Counted from the stretch's first letter, positions 1-13,496 are shown. The stretch is DNA of 64,000 nucleotides from Pristiophorus japonicus (GCF_044704955.1 NC_091979.1:244156001-244220000); one strand, 5' to 3'. Made by a program: numbers and translations. Notes: generated by a model not told the origin, from the letters alone.

Positions 1-909
1 AAATTAAGGACTGTGTTTGGAGAAATAAAAGTGCCAATTCAACTTTGCAATGGATCAACTTCCACCAAGAACAAAGAATTTCTTGCATGAGGAAGCAAAC
101 CATTGCATAATATGTGGTGCACCCAGTCTGCAAATTTAAATATAAAGATGTCGATGTGGCTGCCTCTCCCTGTCCAAATGGCCTCAGTCAGTCCCCCTCA
201 CAGCTCGAAGGCTGCTGCTGCTCCCGACCAGCCACTGACGCCGCTGCAATCCCATGGCCAAATGGCCTCAAATCCGTCCGGGTGCTGCATCTTCGCGGGG
301 AATGAAGGCCTGCCTCAAGCACCAAGGCTGCTTGCTGCCTGCCCCTGCCGTCGAGACCGACGCCACACCGCTGCCTCAAGCACTGAAGCTCAGCACCAAG
401 GCTGCTTGCTGCCTGCCCCCGAGACCGACGCCACACCGCTGCCTGAAAGGCCTGCCTGAAGCACTTTCACACAGGTAGGAACATGGTTTATTTAATCTTT
501 TCTTTGTTTATACATTTTTATTCAGGTTGGATTTATTTATATAATATTTGTATAAGTATAACGAAGGATTGATTGTAGAATTTAATGATTTCCCTTCCCC
601 CCCCCCCCAATTTGTAACCTGCGCCTGATTTTTTAAAGTGTAGACAAGGTTTTTTCAAGCATACAAAAATCTTCACTTGCTCCATTCTAAGTTAGTTTGG
701 AGTACATTTTCACTGTGGAAACTTTCAAATCAGGCGTCAGTGGCCGGACACGCCCCCTTTTGAAAATAAAATTCAATTCTAAAGTGAAACTGTTCTACCT
801 GACTAGAACTGCAGAAAACTAAATGTGGAGAATTCCGATTTCTAAGATACTCCGTTCTACACCAGTTGCTCCTAAAAATCAGGAGCAAATCATGTGGAAA
901 CTTGGGGCC
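1..909. mobile_element. Right part of a non-autonomous Harbinger-like TIR element
   Basis: Ends in gaaacttggggcc. Its last ~300 bp are clearly homologous to 24845-25144. Internal ~55-60 bp duplication at 318-377/392-445. Possible Myb/SANT-like start MDQLPPRTKNFLHEE at 50. Confidence 0.65.
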
Positions 910-1146
910 TATATAACTAGAAGTCCATTCTTCCTTTCTTGTGAGGCATTAACTATTTAATCACTGACATTGCGACTAACTGTCTACAATCTGGAAATGG
1001 ACCCAAAAATCGGCTTGAGGGAAGATGCTTTGATGGTAAAGATGTAGTATCCTAGAAAATCAGCACAAGTTTAAAAAAAAATCCAGGGTGACCAACTATT
1101 CACCTTGAGAGTAATTGATTTTATAGTTCAGTTATGTGAATCACTG

Positions 1147-1607
1147 AAAGACTTGGATTTATATAGCGCCTTTCACGACCACCGAACATCTCAAAGCACT
1201 TTACAGCCAATTAAGTACTTTTGGAGTGTAGTCACTGTTGCAATGGAAATGTGGCAGCCAATTTGTGCAGAAGCAAGCTCCCACAAACATCAATGTGATA
1301 ATGACCAGATACTCTGTTTTTTTGCTATGTTGATTGAGGGATAAATATTGGCCAAGGCACTGTGGATAACTACCCTGCTCTTCTTCGAAATAGTGCTATG
1401 GGATCTTTTACGTCCATCTGAGAGGAGCAGACGGGGCCTCGATTTAACACCTCATCCGGAAGATGGCACCTCCAACTGTGCAGGCTCCCTCAGCACTGCA
1501 CTGGAGTCAGCTTAGATTTGTTTTGTGCTCAAGTCCCTGGAGTGGGACATGAACCCACAACCTTCTGGCTGAGAGGCACGTGTGCCACCCACTGAGCCAC
1601 AGCTGAC
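1147..1607 (-). mobile_element. DeuSINE (SacSINE1-like)
   Basis: tRNA-like head (tcagctgtggctcagtgggtggcac...gtgggttcatgtccc), Deu-domain core (gtaaaagatcccatagcactatttcgaagaagagcagg) and tail aaaggcgctatataaat. Confidence 0.85.
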
Positions 1608-2222
1608 TAAACATTGAGGGCCTGTCAGGGGATGTAAAGACAACAAAAACATTTAAAACTCAATGCACATATACAGACACATGCACACAGGTTACATCAA
1701 TTCAATGTATGAATTTAATCGAGAACTCAAAATCATTTTGTTTTTAAAACTTATTTTAGCCACCAGCAGTATCTCGCAACCATACCTAACTAATTCTATC
1801 TTTGATTCAGTTTAAAAACTAGTTCATACATAAAACTTAAAATCTAAATAAATGGTTGTGAAGCAGCATTTCATTAAATACAAAATTACTTCATCATAGC
1901 ACATCTCGTCTGATATTTTTTTTAATAAAATCACATTTTCTACTGAGTTAAACACATGCACTGCTAAGCAGCATCTAAATTAGCACTTGATTTAGCCTTC
2001 CCCTATCGCCCCCTAAAACACAATAGGGAGCAGCAGAACCAAATGTATGTACTTAAACGTGTTGAGCTCTACTCCACACGGTGGTTCTGAGATTGGCATC
2101 AAAAAGCAGATTTTAAGCATTGAGTGCGCACAGTCCAACTCTAGCCAACATTGATGGCGCAGTGATCTTTTAACTCTTCATTATCCATTTCTATTCTTAC
2201 ATTGAACTTCTGTTGTGGTAAA

Positions 2223-2720
2223 TATAGAATCAGAATTGTTACAGCACAGAAGGCGGCCTTCAGCCAGTCGAGTCTGTGCCAGCTCTCTGCCAGAGCACTT
2301 CAGTTAGTCCCATTCCCCTGTCCTTTCCCTCGTAGCCCTACAATTTTTCTCTTTCAGGTACTTATCCAACTCCCTTTTGAAAGCCATGATTCAGTCTGCC
2401 TCCACCACCCTTTCAGGCAGTGCATTCCAGATCCTAACCACTCGCTGTGTAAAAAAGTTGTGTATTACGTCACCTTTGGTTCGTTTGCCAATCACCTTAA
2501 ATCTGTGTCCTCTGGTTCAATGGGAACAGTTTCTCTCTATCTACTCTGTCCAGACCCATGTTTTTAAAACCATCAAATCGCCTCTCAATCTTCTCTGCTC
2601 TAGGGAGAACAACCCCAGCTTCTCCAGTCTATCCAAGTAACTGAAGTCCTTCATTCCTGGAATCATTCTCGTAAATCTTTTCTGCATCCTCTCCAAAGCC
2701 TTCACATCCTTCCCAATATT
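2223..2720 (-). mobile_element. CR1 LINE 3' fragment
   Basis: Typical CR1 ORF2 C-terminal/3' UTR sequence (ctagagcagagaag...tggaatgcactgcctgaaagggtggtggaggcag). Confidence 0.8.
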
Positions 2721-2814
2721 CCCCAGTTGTTCTCCTCAATTATTTGCTCCACTTCATCGCTCAGAACTAAATCAAGCAATGTTTCTGTCCTTACTGTCAC
2801 CATATGCATTACTT

Positions 2815-3005
2815 TCAGAAAAGCAAAATACTGCAGATGCTGAAAATTTGAAATAGGAACAGAAAATACTGGAAATACTCAGCAGGTCAGGCTGTGGAGA
2901 AAGAAACAAAAAGTTAACATTTCAGTTCGATGACCTTTCATCAGTTTCTCTCTCCACAGATGCTGCTTGACCGAGTATTTCCAGCATTTTCTGTTTTTAT
3001 TGCAT
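2815..3005. mobile_element. Penelope pseudo-LTR remnant arranged as an inverted repeat
   Basis: The arms (acagaaaatactggaaatactc...ctgtggagaaagaaac and gtttctctctccacag...gagtatttccagcattttctgtt) are reverse complements and match the Penelope end at 28470-28570. Confidence 0.75.
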
Positions 3006-3189
3006 TACTTTTATCCAGTCCATCTTGATAATTAAAGCTGCCCTGGTCTTCCATATCTCTCAACCATCTGCAGATCTCCACCTCTACCGCATCTCCAGTT
3101 TTTGGCAGCCTATTATACACACCAAAAACTGTACCATTTAGCTTCCTTTTTCTTAGCTAAATCTATATCCATGTCAAGGTCTTGGAGGG

Positions 3190-3610
3190 TGCAGAAATTT
3201 AGGGGAATGATTACCAGGGATGAGGGACTTCAGTTATCTGGAGAAACCACAGAAGCTGGGATTATTCTCCTTTGAGCAGAGACGGTCAATGGGAGTCAAA
3301 ATTATGACAATTTTTGATAGAGTAAACAGGGAAAAACAGTTTGCACTGGCAGAGTCAGTAACCAGAGGACACAGATTTAAGGTAATTAGAACCAGAGGGG
3401 AGATGAGATTTTTTTTTTTTGCGCTGCAAGTTATGATGATTTGGAATGCACTGCGTGAAAGGGTGGCAGAAGCAGATTGAAAAGTAACTTTTAAAAAAGA
3501 GAATTGGATATATACTTGAAACGGAAATATTTGCAGGGCTATGGGGAAACCATAAGGGAGTGGGACTAATTGAATAGCCCCTTTAAAGAGCTGGCACATG
3601 CACGATGGTT
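3190..3610 (+). mobile_element. CR1 LINE 3' fragment
   Basis: Decayed ORF ...LGLFSFEQRR...TRGHRFKV...WNAL.ERVAEA, typical of the CR1 ORF2 end. Confidence 0.8.
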
Positions 3611-4181
3611 AAACTAGGACTCAGTCCATTTGTTTTTGGGAGCCTTTGGAGTTCACACTCACTGTGCTTGGTGACAGCCCATTCCACAAGTCACCTCAGA
3701 CATGAAGGAGCTACGGCTCAAGTTACATTTAGGTCATGGCTTCCTTATAAATCAGCAATGTACAATTCAGATTTGAAGTCCTTTCACTGGAGCAACTTTT
3801 GATATGACAACCAAATATGCTAATGTGTAATCACTTTTGGAATCTTTCATAGCTGCATATGATTATTAATATCAAATTGGCTTCTGTGTCAGAAACACAT
3901 TTGTGTTACTGACCATCTTTAAAGTAGGTACAACAGACACGTTAGTTTTCATTTTAAGATTTTCTTTTCCCCCAAAGAAGTTGCAAAATATATATGTTGC
4001 AGAACTTCCTCAATTCTAACCCATCATGGCACTTACTCAAACAAGAATAGTAAATACTGGAAAGGGACAACAGGTTCGTCAGCAGCTGCAAGATGAGCTA
4101 ATTTTTTTGGATCAGACCCTTAATAATTTTCCCTTTATTTTTGATTTCCAGTATTTGCAATTTGTATTCTATGGTACTTAC

Positions 4182-4316
4182 TCATGGACTCTATTGTCAC
4201 CATACAAGTCACTCAAACCAAAGCTGACGTAATGCCAGTGCTCTGGAACGTCCTGCGTCAGGCTCCCTGGATTTCTGTACATACTGATGTAGTCCAGTGG
4301 GTCTGGTCCTCCCAAC
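4182..4316 (-). CDS. SUFU: Suppressor of fused, coding exon 2 (135 bp)
   Basis: Acceptor ttttctttgaag|G and donor GA|GTAAGT. Translation (W)LGGPDPLDYISMYRNPGSLTQDVPEHWHYVSFGLSDLYGDNRVH(E) matches SUFU and is in phase with exon 1. Later exons were not seen and should lie beyond position 1. Confidence 0.97.
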
Positions 4317-4992
4317 CTTCAAAGAAAAAAAAGAGACACACGAGAATGTTTTTTGTAGCAGTGGATACAATTTTCAAGTTTAAATGTTGATTGATTGTCG
4401 ATGTGATTTGGAAGTATTGGAGGGTGGGGGGGCAGAGAAATAGGGAACAAAAAAAATAGACTGGCTTGGGGGGTGGGCAGAAAGTAATTTACGCCGAGGT
4501 TATGCCTAGTCAGGCAAATGTTATGAAGGTCAAAGCTTAGCCAATCATAATATTCCCGATGTCAATAACACATTAGTGCAATAGATTCAATTAGTCTATA
4601 CAACAGATGAATTATTCAGTAAGATAAGCACCCAACACTAAGTTCACAATGCATGGAAAAGGAAGAAAGAAAATCTGCCCCAGAAGTATTTATTTTAACA
4701 GAATTGTGTGTACAATAGTTATAGATTACAGCAAGAAGCTACTGTAATAAAACCAGTTTAACCTAGATAAATTCTCAATCCAGAGAAATACATCAAGACA
4801 CCAAAAACCAAACTAGAAATTTCCTGCCGATATGGGTGAGGGGGTGGGGCAGGATGTCAATGCTTTTTGTTTTCATGGGTCACTTGTGCCTACTACAGAA
4901 CCTCTCAGGCCACATCAAATATCCCACAATTGTATATATGTATTTAACTGCTGATAACAGATGTTGGTGCTCTGATTTAGGATATTAAAAAC

Positions 4993-5565
4993 AAACAGAA
5001 CATGAGAAATAGGAGCAGGAGTAGGCCATTGGCCTTTCGAGCCTGTTTGGTCATTCAATAAGATCATGGCTGATCTGATCATGGACTCAGCTCCACTTCC
5101 CTGCCCGCTCCCCATAACCCTCGACTTCCTTATCGCTCAAAAATCTGTCTATCTCCACCTTAAATATATTCAATGACCCAGCCTTTCCAGCTTTCTGGGG
5201 CAGAGAATTCCGCAGATTTGCAACCCTCAGAAGAAATTCCTCCTCATCTCAGTTTTAAATGGGCGGCCCCTTATTCAGAGACTATGTCCCTTAGTTTTAG
5301 TTTCCCCTATGAGTGGAAATATCTTCTCTGCCTCCGCCTTGTCGAGCCCCCTCATTCTTATAAATTTCAATAAGATCACCTCACATTCTTCTGAACTCCA
5401 ATGGGTATAGGCCTAACCTACCCTCATAAGTCAACCCCCACATCTGCGGAATCAACTGAGTGAACTTTCCCTGAACAGCCTCCAATACAAGTATATCCTT
5501 CCTTAAATACGGAGACCAAAACTGTACGCAGTACTCCAGGGGTGGCCTCACTAATACCCTGTATA
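4993..5565 (-). mobile_element. CR1 (HER1-type) LINE 3' fragment
   Basis: Tail agaacatgagaaataggagcaggagtaggcc. Upstream sequence encodes RPPLEYCVQFWSP on the minus strand. Confidence 0.85.
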
Positions 5566-6849
5566 GTATACTCCATTAATGAGCCAACTGCATTGACAAC
5601 ATCCCTTTCTAAACCTCCAGGCCCACAAAATTCAAATAGGACAAACCAGTGATCAAGAAATAAGTTCCAATAAAAAAAAAAGTTAATTCCCTGGGCTACA
5701 TAGGTCAGATACAAGGGATCACAGGCCTTTGTTTGGGCCCATGCCATTGATGCTTCAACAACCCTAGTTAAACAAGAACTTCAAAATGTAAGTGGTAGAG
5801 TTTCAGATAAGGCTGTCCGGAAGAGTGCTCCAGAGGTAGAAAAAATATTGCAGAACTTCAACATTGTTATTCAACATTGAATTTTTTGATTATTGTAGAA
5901 TATTCAGGCAGCAGCAGCACACAGGTCAAATTCACTGCACTTGGCCATTTCAGCTGGAATGCTGTTTGCCTTAGATAAAGCAGCCTACAGAGCCTCGCTC
6001 CTAACAAATTGCTCCCCCCACCCCCTACCCAACTTTGTTCTCTCATTACCAGTTATGCAAGCGAGGTGGCAATTTGAGATGGGCAGAGATACAGGTAGTG
6101 ACATTTTCAAGTTTTCAATTCTTCTCATCAGTCCCACTGTTTTTCCAACTCACGCACACACAAAGTCCCATTGCTGCTTCTCCACCTGGATACAAGAGCA
6201 GACTTGTGCTGGACAGGAGATTGACTCCTGGATTATTTCAGTGTTCATTCACAAACACCAGTACAGCAGAGGGAAAGTTGGTGTTTTCTGAGTTATGCGG
6301 CTCTTAGGACTATTTGTTTGTATTAAAACGGTACAACAGAATAAATATGTGGAAGGGTGCAACTTCTTTCCTCATGATTGAGAATGTGGGGCAATAGGCT
6401 GCAATGAAGCATGGCAGCGTACAACCCTGCCATGATGAGATATGGTTGTTGGACATGGGCCTGTTTTTCCCCCCGATCGAGCTTGGTTAATATATGGATC
6501 TGCTTCAGCATCAGAGTACTTCCCAAGTTCATTTTGCTTATTTAACAAAAAAATAACTTGATTATACAAAAATATTAAAAAAGTAAACTTTTCTTCATTT
6601 GACCGATTGAAAGTCTTAAAACAGAACACAAATGTATGTGAAAAGTAACATCTTGGCAATTTTACAAATTGTACAAAAATAAACTACAATTAAACGTTTT
6701 GATGATTTGGTATGATATTATTTGTACGGTCAATAATCATGTATAATCTTGCACGGGAATCCACCCTCCTTCACTAACTACACCCCTATAAAATGTTTGC
6801 TTTGGTGTCTTGAGCTACGACTGTAGTGCACTTGAACTATTTTTTTTAT

Positions 6850-7985
6850 TTGTTCACGGTATATGGGCATCACTGACAAGGCCAGCATTTATTGTCCATC
6901 CCCAATTGCCCTTGATAAGGTGGTAGTGAGCCGCCTTCTTGAACCGCTGCAATCCGTGTGGTGAAGGTAATCCCACAGTGCTGTTAGAGGGAGTTCCAGG
7001 ATTTTGACCCAGCGACAATGAAGAAACGGCGATATATTTCCAAGTCAGGATGGCGTGTGATGTGGAGGGTGTGGTGTTCCCATGCACCTCCTGCCCTTGT
7101 CCTTCTAGGTGGTAGAGGTCGCAGGTTTGGGAGGTACTGTCAAAGAAGCCTTGGTGATTTGCTGCAGTGCATTTTGTAGATGGTACACACTGCAGCCAAG
7201 GTGGTGGAGGTGTGAATGTTTAAGATGGTGGATGGGGTACCAATCAAGTGGGCTGCTTTGTCCTGGATGGACTCAAGCTTTGAGTGTTGTTGGAGCTGCA
7301 CTCATCCAGACATGTGGAGAGTATGAGTATTCCATCACACTCCTGACGTGCCTTTTAGATGGTGGAAAGGCTTTGGGTAGTCAGGAGGTGAGCACTCGCT
7401 GCAGAATATCCAGCCTTTGACCTGTTCTTGGCCTACCACAGTATTTATGTGGCTGGTCCAGTTAAGTTTCTGGTCAATGATGACCCCCAGGATGTTGATG
7501 GTGGGGGATTTGGCATAGGTAATGTCAAGGGACGGTGGCTAGAGTCTCGCTTGTTGGAGACAGTCATTACTTGGCACTTGTGTGGCGCGAACGTTACTTA
7601 TCACTTATCAGCCCAAGCCTGAATATCATTAAGGTCTGCTGAATGCAGGCATGGACTGCTCCATTATCTGAGGAGTTGCAAATGGCATTGAACATTCTGC
7701 AGTCATGAGTGAACTTCCCCACTTCTGACCTTATGATGGAGGGAAGGTCATTGTTGAAGCAGCTGAAGATGGTTGGGCCTAGGACATTGCCCTGAGGAAC
7801 TCCTGCAGTGATATCCTGGGTCTGTGATGATTGAACTCCAACAACCACAACCATTTTCCCTTTTACAAGGTATGACCCCAGCCAGTTTTCCCCAAATGCC
7901 AGCGACTTCAGTTTTATTAGGGCTCCTTGATGCTAAACTCAGTCAAATGCTGCCTTGATATCAAGGACAGTCACTCTCATCTCGC
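6850..7985 (-). mobile_element. CR1-group LINE, second family, RT and 3' end
   Basis: ORF 7594-7854 AGVPQGNVLGPTIFSCFNNDLPSIIRSEV (RT motif). The same 3' end recurs at 30660-30960 and 50440-50920. Confidence 0.8.
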
Positions 7986-9170
7986 ATGAATATGGTTGAC
8001 TATGGAAATGGGAGCCTCAATTTCATTCTGTGCTTGGAGCCAAAATAAGTCCCGCATCGTTCACTTACTAGTTGTGGAAGACAGATCCAGTCCGCTGCTC
8101 CAACTTGAAGGACACACCTGTTGAGGACTAATAGTCCAACTACATCACTCAAATGTTATAGATTGTTTAACAAAAGCAGAAAAAACAGGAATCTGATGCA
8201 GAATAGACAATCTTCATCTGATCGAATGGTCTGCACAGCTTTAATTGCATTAACGTCAAGAACATAATGTAAAATACAGATATAGGCTTTGTAGAACACT
8301 CTTATAGTCATGGAATTAACTGCACTGGAGAGGATGTGGTCATCAGCAAGAAAGAAAATCACTTTTCCCATAAAATAATGAAAATCAGAGATTCTTGAAT
8401 AGGTGGTGAATTGGATCAACGTGCATTTATCTTGGTTTGATATTGTTTTACAGACAGACAGGTACACAGAATTAATCACAAGCACCGTATAATGCTAGTT
8501 TCTCAATGAGGCGAGAGTGACAGAATCCAAAGAGCTACCACTCTGAATCAATCCATTTCTGGATATGGCCACATGTTGATTCAAACAGATTTCTGGTTTT
8601 GGCATAAACGAATGTAAATGCAGCATCACTTGGGTTTTCATTAGTACTGACGGAATCTGTAAGGGCCACTAGTGAGCAGGAGTTATAAATGAGATTTGTT
8701 TTTTTAAATATCAAACTACAAACTTGCATCTGAAAATCTCAAATCTGTGCTTGCGAATTAGAGTTCCGGTTCGGTACCCCACTGATTGAACAACTACCTT
8801 TGGAACCACAATAACCTGTTTTATCAAGTACCCAGAATTATGACAGAAATACAAGAAAGATTTTAATTGATTAAAAATTGCATGTAAAAATAAACAGTCT
8901 TAATTGAAGACATTTATTCTGCACTCTGCGGAAAGCACTCATACAACTGGAGTAGCCTGAGGTTATGAAGCAGACAAAACCATGTGTTTTGATCTACAAG
9001 GTAAATATGAGTAACTTATATGTGAAACCTTAGTTATAATATAATGCACAAATAAAAGTTTCAAAAATGAAGTACAGCAATCAAATTAAAACCATACAAT
9101 GAATTGAAAGTTTTTCCCTTGCTTCACAAGACTAGTTAAAAATAACAACTATACTCTGCATTACTCTGGA

Positions 9171-9605
9171 GTGTCAGCTGTGGTTCAGTGGGTAGCACAC
9201 TCGCCTTTGAGTCAGAAGGTTATGGGTTTGAGTCCCACTCCAGAGACTGGAGCACATAAATCTAGGCTGACACTCCCAGTGCAATACTGAGGGAGTGCTG
9301 CACTGTCGGATGAGGCATTAAACTGAGGTCCTGCCATCTGCTCTCAGATGGACGTAAAAGATCCCATGGCACTATTTCGAAGAAGAGCATGGAAGTTATC
9401 CCAGGTGTCTTGGCCAATATTTATCCCTCAATCAATATAACAAAAACAGATTATCTGGTCATTATCACATTGCTGTGCGCAAATTGGCTGTCGCGTTTCC
9501 TACATTACAACAGTAACTACACTCCAAAAGGCACTTCATTGGCTGTAAAGCGCTATGAGACTTCCAGTGGGTCTTGAAAGGCACTATATAAATGCAAGTC
9601 TTTCT
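9171..9605 (+). mobile_element. DeuSINE (SacSINE1-like)
   Basis: Full head, Deu core and tail, as at 1147-1607. Confidence 0.85.
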
Positions 9606-10049
9606 CTTTCTTTAAAGGTGGCACAACATACCAAATCTCAAACATTAAATAAGATAGACTTGAATGTAGATCATATCCAATCTAGATATTAATTGTTCTA
9701 CTGGTTCTTCTCTCCATCAGCCATATGTCTATAAAACTATTTTGACTTTAATCTGAAAATTACCACTTTTTGTTGAAACTCGATTGCACAAGATTTGGTT
9801 CTCATGCTGCTGTGGTTTGCAACATTTACTCAACAGACAAGTTGCACAAATAGTAATTACATTTTTATTTTTAATTGTCCTTGAACACCTGCCAGCTCTG
9901 GAAATTCCAAATTGACTTTCTGGCTTACATGCAAGATTTAGCAGGCAATATCCTCCCGAGCCCTTCATCTTGGTGTTCACACTCACGGCAGGTTTGTGAT
10001 GCTCCGTTACCCAACGAAGAGAAAAAGGCAAAATTGCTGTGAAGACTTA

Positions 10050-11040
10050 GAATTACATAGAAATGTGTGGCACAGAAACAGGCCATTCAGCCCAACTGGT
10101 CTATACCAGTGTTTATGCTCCACACTAGCCTCCTCCCACCTCTCATTTAACCCCATCAGCATAACCTTTTATTCCTTTCTCCCTAGTGTTTATCCAGCTT
10201 CCCTTTAAATGCATCCATGCTATTCGCCTCAACCACTCTCTGTGGCAGCAAGTTCCCCATTCTAACCACTCTCTGGGTAAAGACGTTTCTCCTGAATTTC
10301 CTACTGGATTTAATAGTGACTATCTTATATTTATGGCTCATAGTCCTGGTCTCCCCCAAAAGTGGAAACATTTTCTCTATGTCTACCCTATCAAACCCTT
10401 TCATAATCTTGAAGACCTCCATCAGGTCACCCCTCAGTCTTCTCTTTACTAGAGAAACGAGCCTGACAGTTATAACCTCAGTTCTGGGATCATCCCTGTA
10501 AATCTTTTCAGCACTTTCTCCAGTGCCTCAATATCCTTTTTATAATATAGACACCAGAATTATGCACCATACTCCAACTGTGGTCCAACCACAATTCTAT
10601 ACAAGTTGAACATAACTTCCTTGCTTTTCAATTCTAACCTTGTAGAAATTAGCCCCGTGCTTTGTTTGCTTTTTTTTTTTAAAGTAGCCTTATTAACCTG
10701 CATCGCTGCTTTTTGTGATGTATATCTGTACCCCTATATCCCTTTGCTCCTCGACCCCAATTGGACTTGTATTTTCCAAAGAGTATGTGGCCTCCTTATT
10801 CTTTCTACCAAAATGAACCAACTCAAACTTATCTATATTGAAATTAATTTTCCAATTACACACCCATTCTGCAACTTTATTAATGTGTTCTTGTATTTTG
10901 CCAGTCTTCCTTAATGTTAACTATCATCCGCAAATTTTTTGAAGATGTACTTCAGATTCCAAATTGTTTATGCAAATGACGAACAGCAGCTGTCTGAGCA
11001 CCGATCCTTGTGGAGCACCACTTTCCACTTGTACAAATCT
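10050..11040 (-). mobile_element. CR1 LINE 3' fragment
   Basis: ORF 10183-10422 MEVFKIMKGFDRVD...FTQRVVRMGNLLPQRVVEA. Confidence 0.8.
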
Positions 11041-11479
11041 GCAACATGAATACTGAACTTGAAAATCTTCATTATGGTTAGTAGCCCTCTGAACTTTCCT
11101 TTCTCATTCATTTCAAGCATCAAACATGCTCTTCCTTTTCCCTAAATCATCACAGTGTTGATATTACTCATCAGTCTATTAATCACTTATTCTTCTCAAA
11201 GACCTCAAAACTGCGAAACTCCGTGTCCCTCAGACGGTCCTTCCTCTTACAATCTTTAGCCTTTTAAAACAGGAGCTTGGCATCGCCCGATCACTATTTC
11301 CCAATTTACCTCACCACTTACTCTTGTTAACCTTGATAGTGTTCTGCACTATGGTCTTACCCTGATGCCGCAATTAAGAAAATCTAAAAAACAGCATTGG
11401 ACATTAATGAAAGTTCAAACTGCCTCCTCCTAAACAATCAGCATGGCTTTCCTTGAGATGCAGTGTGATTATATTGTAT

Positions 11480-12045
11480 CCTTTAGATTTTTTATCTCAT
11501 AATACTCCTGTGAAGTGCCTTGGGACGTTTCACTACATTATAGGCGCTATATAAATACATGGTGTTGTTGCTTTCAAATTTTTGTGCAACAACTTTTGTT
11601 TATACAGCGCCTTTAACATAGTAAAACGTCCTAAGGCGCTTCAAAGGAGTGTTATAAAACAAAATTTGACACCAGGCCACACAGATATTAGGGAAGATAA
11701 CCAAAAGCTTGGTCAAAGAGGTAGGCTTTAAAGGAGCATCTTAAAAGGTGGAGAGGTATAGGGAAGGAATTTCAGAGCTTAGAGCCTTGACAATGATGGA
11801 GCAATTAAAATTGGGGTTGCTGAAGAGGGCAGAATTAGAGGAGTGCTGATATATCAGAGGGTTGTGGGATGGAGGAGAGAACAGAGATAGGGAGGGGCGA
11901 GACCATGGAGGGATTTGAAAATAAAGATGAGAATTTGAGAGAGGGGGAGAGAAACTGTTCCCATTGGTGGAAGGGTCGAGAACCAGGGGACACAGATTTA
12001 AGAATGAAAGGTGATATGAGGAAAAACTTTTTTTATGCAGCGAGT
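11480..12045. mobile_element. Tail-to-tail L2-type LINE 3' ends plus a short CR1 piece
   Basis: L2-type tail gtgaagtgccttgggacgtttcactacattataggcgctatataaatac on + (11480-11572) and its reverse complement from 11586. CR1 piece at 11940-12045. Confidence 0.65.
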
Positions 12046-12596
12046 AACTTCTCTGCTGTAACCATTCTCGGATTCTAATTTTCATATTACTGGAAAGATG
12101 CAGGATTATTAGAGTCCCAAAGAGGGTGAGGAGACAGATTCCTGAAGTTGAGAATGCCGCTTTGAGGAAAGCTGGTCTTCCCTGGCACTTAACGCCAATG
12201 CTCTGGAGAACAGAATGGGGGTGGGGGTCGAGTAACTGGAGGAAAAATGATTGTTTTGCCTTGCTTCCTGTTTTAAAGTGTGTTAACAGGAGAGCCAAAA
12301 ATGAACTGCTCACTGCCCAAAATAAATATATGTAGAAGACAGCAAGTTCAATAGGCTAAATTTGATAACATTTGAGAACAATTTCTCCGCAAGTTGTACA
12401 TTTCGCATTTCATTACGGAGTCAAGTTTTACAAAAAAATTCATGTGATGCTTCACTACACCACTGGAAAAGCCACTCCAAAATGCACACCATCAATGCCA
12501 CATGAAATTCACCAACACAAAATGAGTTCCAGCACTCATGTGTTGGTGTAAAGTGAATAGGGTGTTGTACTGACAGTGATATAAAATCATCATCAC

Positions 12597-12813
12597 CGAG
12601 AGCATGCAGAAATCAAGTGCAGGCAGCGGAAAGAGTATGCAGCAAACCAGTCCCACGCACCCTTTCCCTCAAAGACTATCTGCCCCACCTGTGACAGGTA
12701 CTGTGGTTCTTGTATTGGACTGTTCAGCCACCTAAGGGCTCATTTTTTTTTTTTTTTATAAAAAGAGTGGAAGCAAGTCTTCCTCGATTCCGGGACTGCC
12801 TATGATGATGATG
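12597..12813 (+). mobile_element. RTE LINE 3' fragment
   Basis: C-terminal zinc-finger-like coding remnant (ICPTCDR.CGS.IGL.SH) and tail gtggaagcaagtcttcctcgattcc...(tga)n. Confidence 0.85.
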
Positions 12814-13113
12814 AAAATCAACTTCTCAATTAGGTAAGATCATGTTCATAACAGGAGACAGAAGTCGAACCCAAATGTAGTTTAGTCAATTTCCTCTGTG
12901 CCACACTCAAGCACTGCAAATCTGGAGCATTTGGGATTGCATGAAACTTCTCCATTTGTTGACCAGCCCTCCGTTTTTTTTTAGTTCTCTTATTTGACGA
13001 TAATTCACACTGGGGCACATAGTCATCTACAACTCTCGTGTTCCTCAATTTTTCCATGTGTTAGGCTGGATAGCAGCTATTTACCCGAAGTCCAAATTTC
13101 CCTAGACTAACTA

Positions 13114-13496
13114 CAGTTTGAACGTCAGAAATCTGGAGTTCCAAAATTCGGAATGTTCCGGAATCCGTACCGATTCATGGCGGGGTCATCCGCAATCCAG
13201 AAAATGTTCCGAAATCCGGACCTTTTTTTTTCAAAACCGATTTCCGCTGCGAGGGAGGAAATACAAAAACAATTCCAAAAAAAAACAATTTCACAAAACC
13301 CTTACCCACTAAATCGCTGAAAAAGAATTAATAAAAACTGTAACTTATCTTTTTGCAGGTCTTCAACGCAGGTTTATCCCCTCCGCCTTTACCTCGGGCC
13401 AGGCATTTCCGGATTTGGGACGTCAGAAAGACTTTCCGACATCCAGAAATACCCAAATTTCGGCCCGGGCGTTTCCAGATTTGGGCGCTCTACCTG
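13114..13496. mobile_element. pogo/Tigger-like MITE
   Basis: Imperfect TIRs (ta|cagtttgaacgtcagaaatctgg ... ccagatttgggcgctctacctg|tg) and repeated internal tccgga/ttcgga motifs. Confidence 0.65.

Noticed and set aside
6323-6659. Overlapping ORFs in SUFU intron 1
   Set aside because: No recognisable protein and weak splice signals. Exons 1 and 2 already join in frame.
8156-8729. Two minus-strand ORFs in non-repetitive-looking intronic DNA
   Set aside because: They are in different frames, with no motif or family resemblance that I can support.
9171-9250. tRNA-like sequences with A/B boxes
   Set aside because: These are SINE heads followed by the Deu domain, not tRNA genes.
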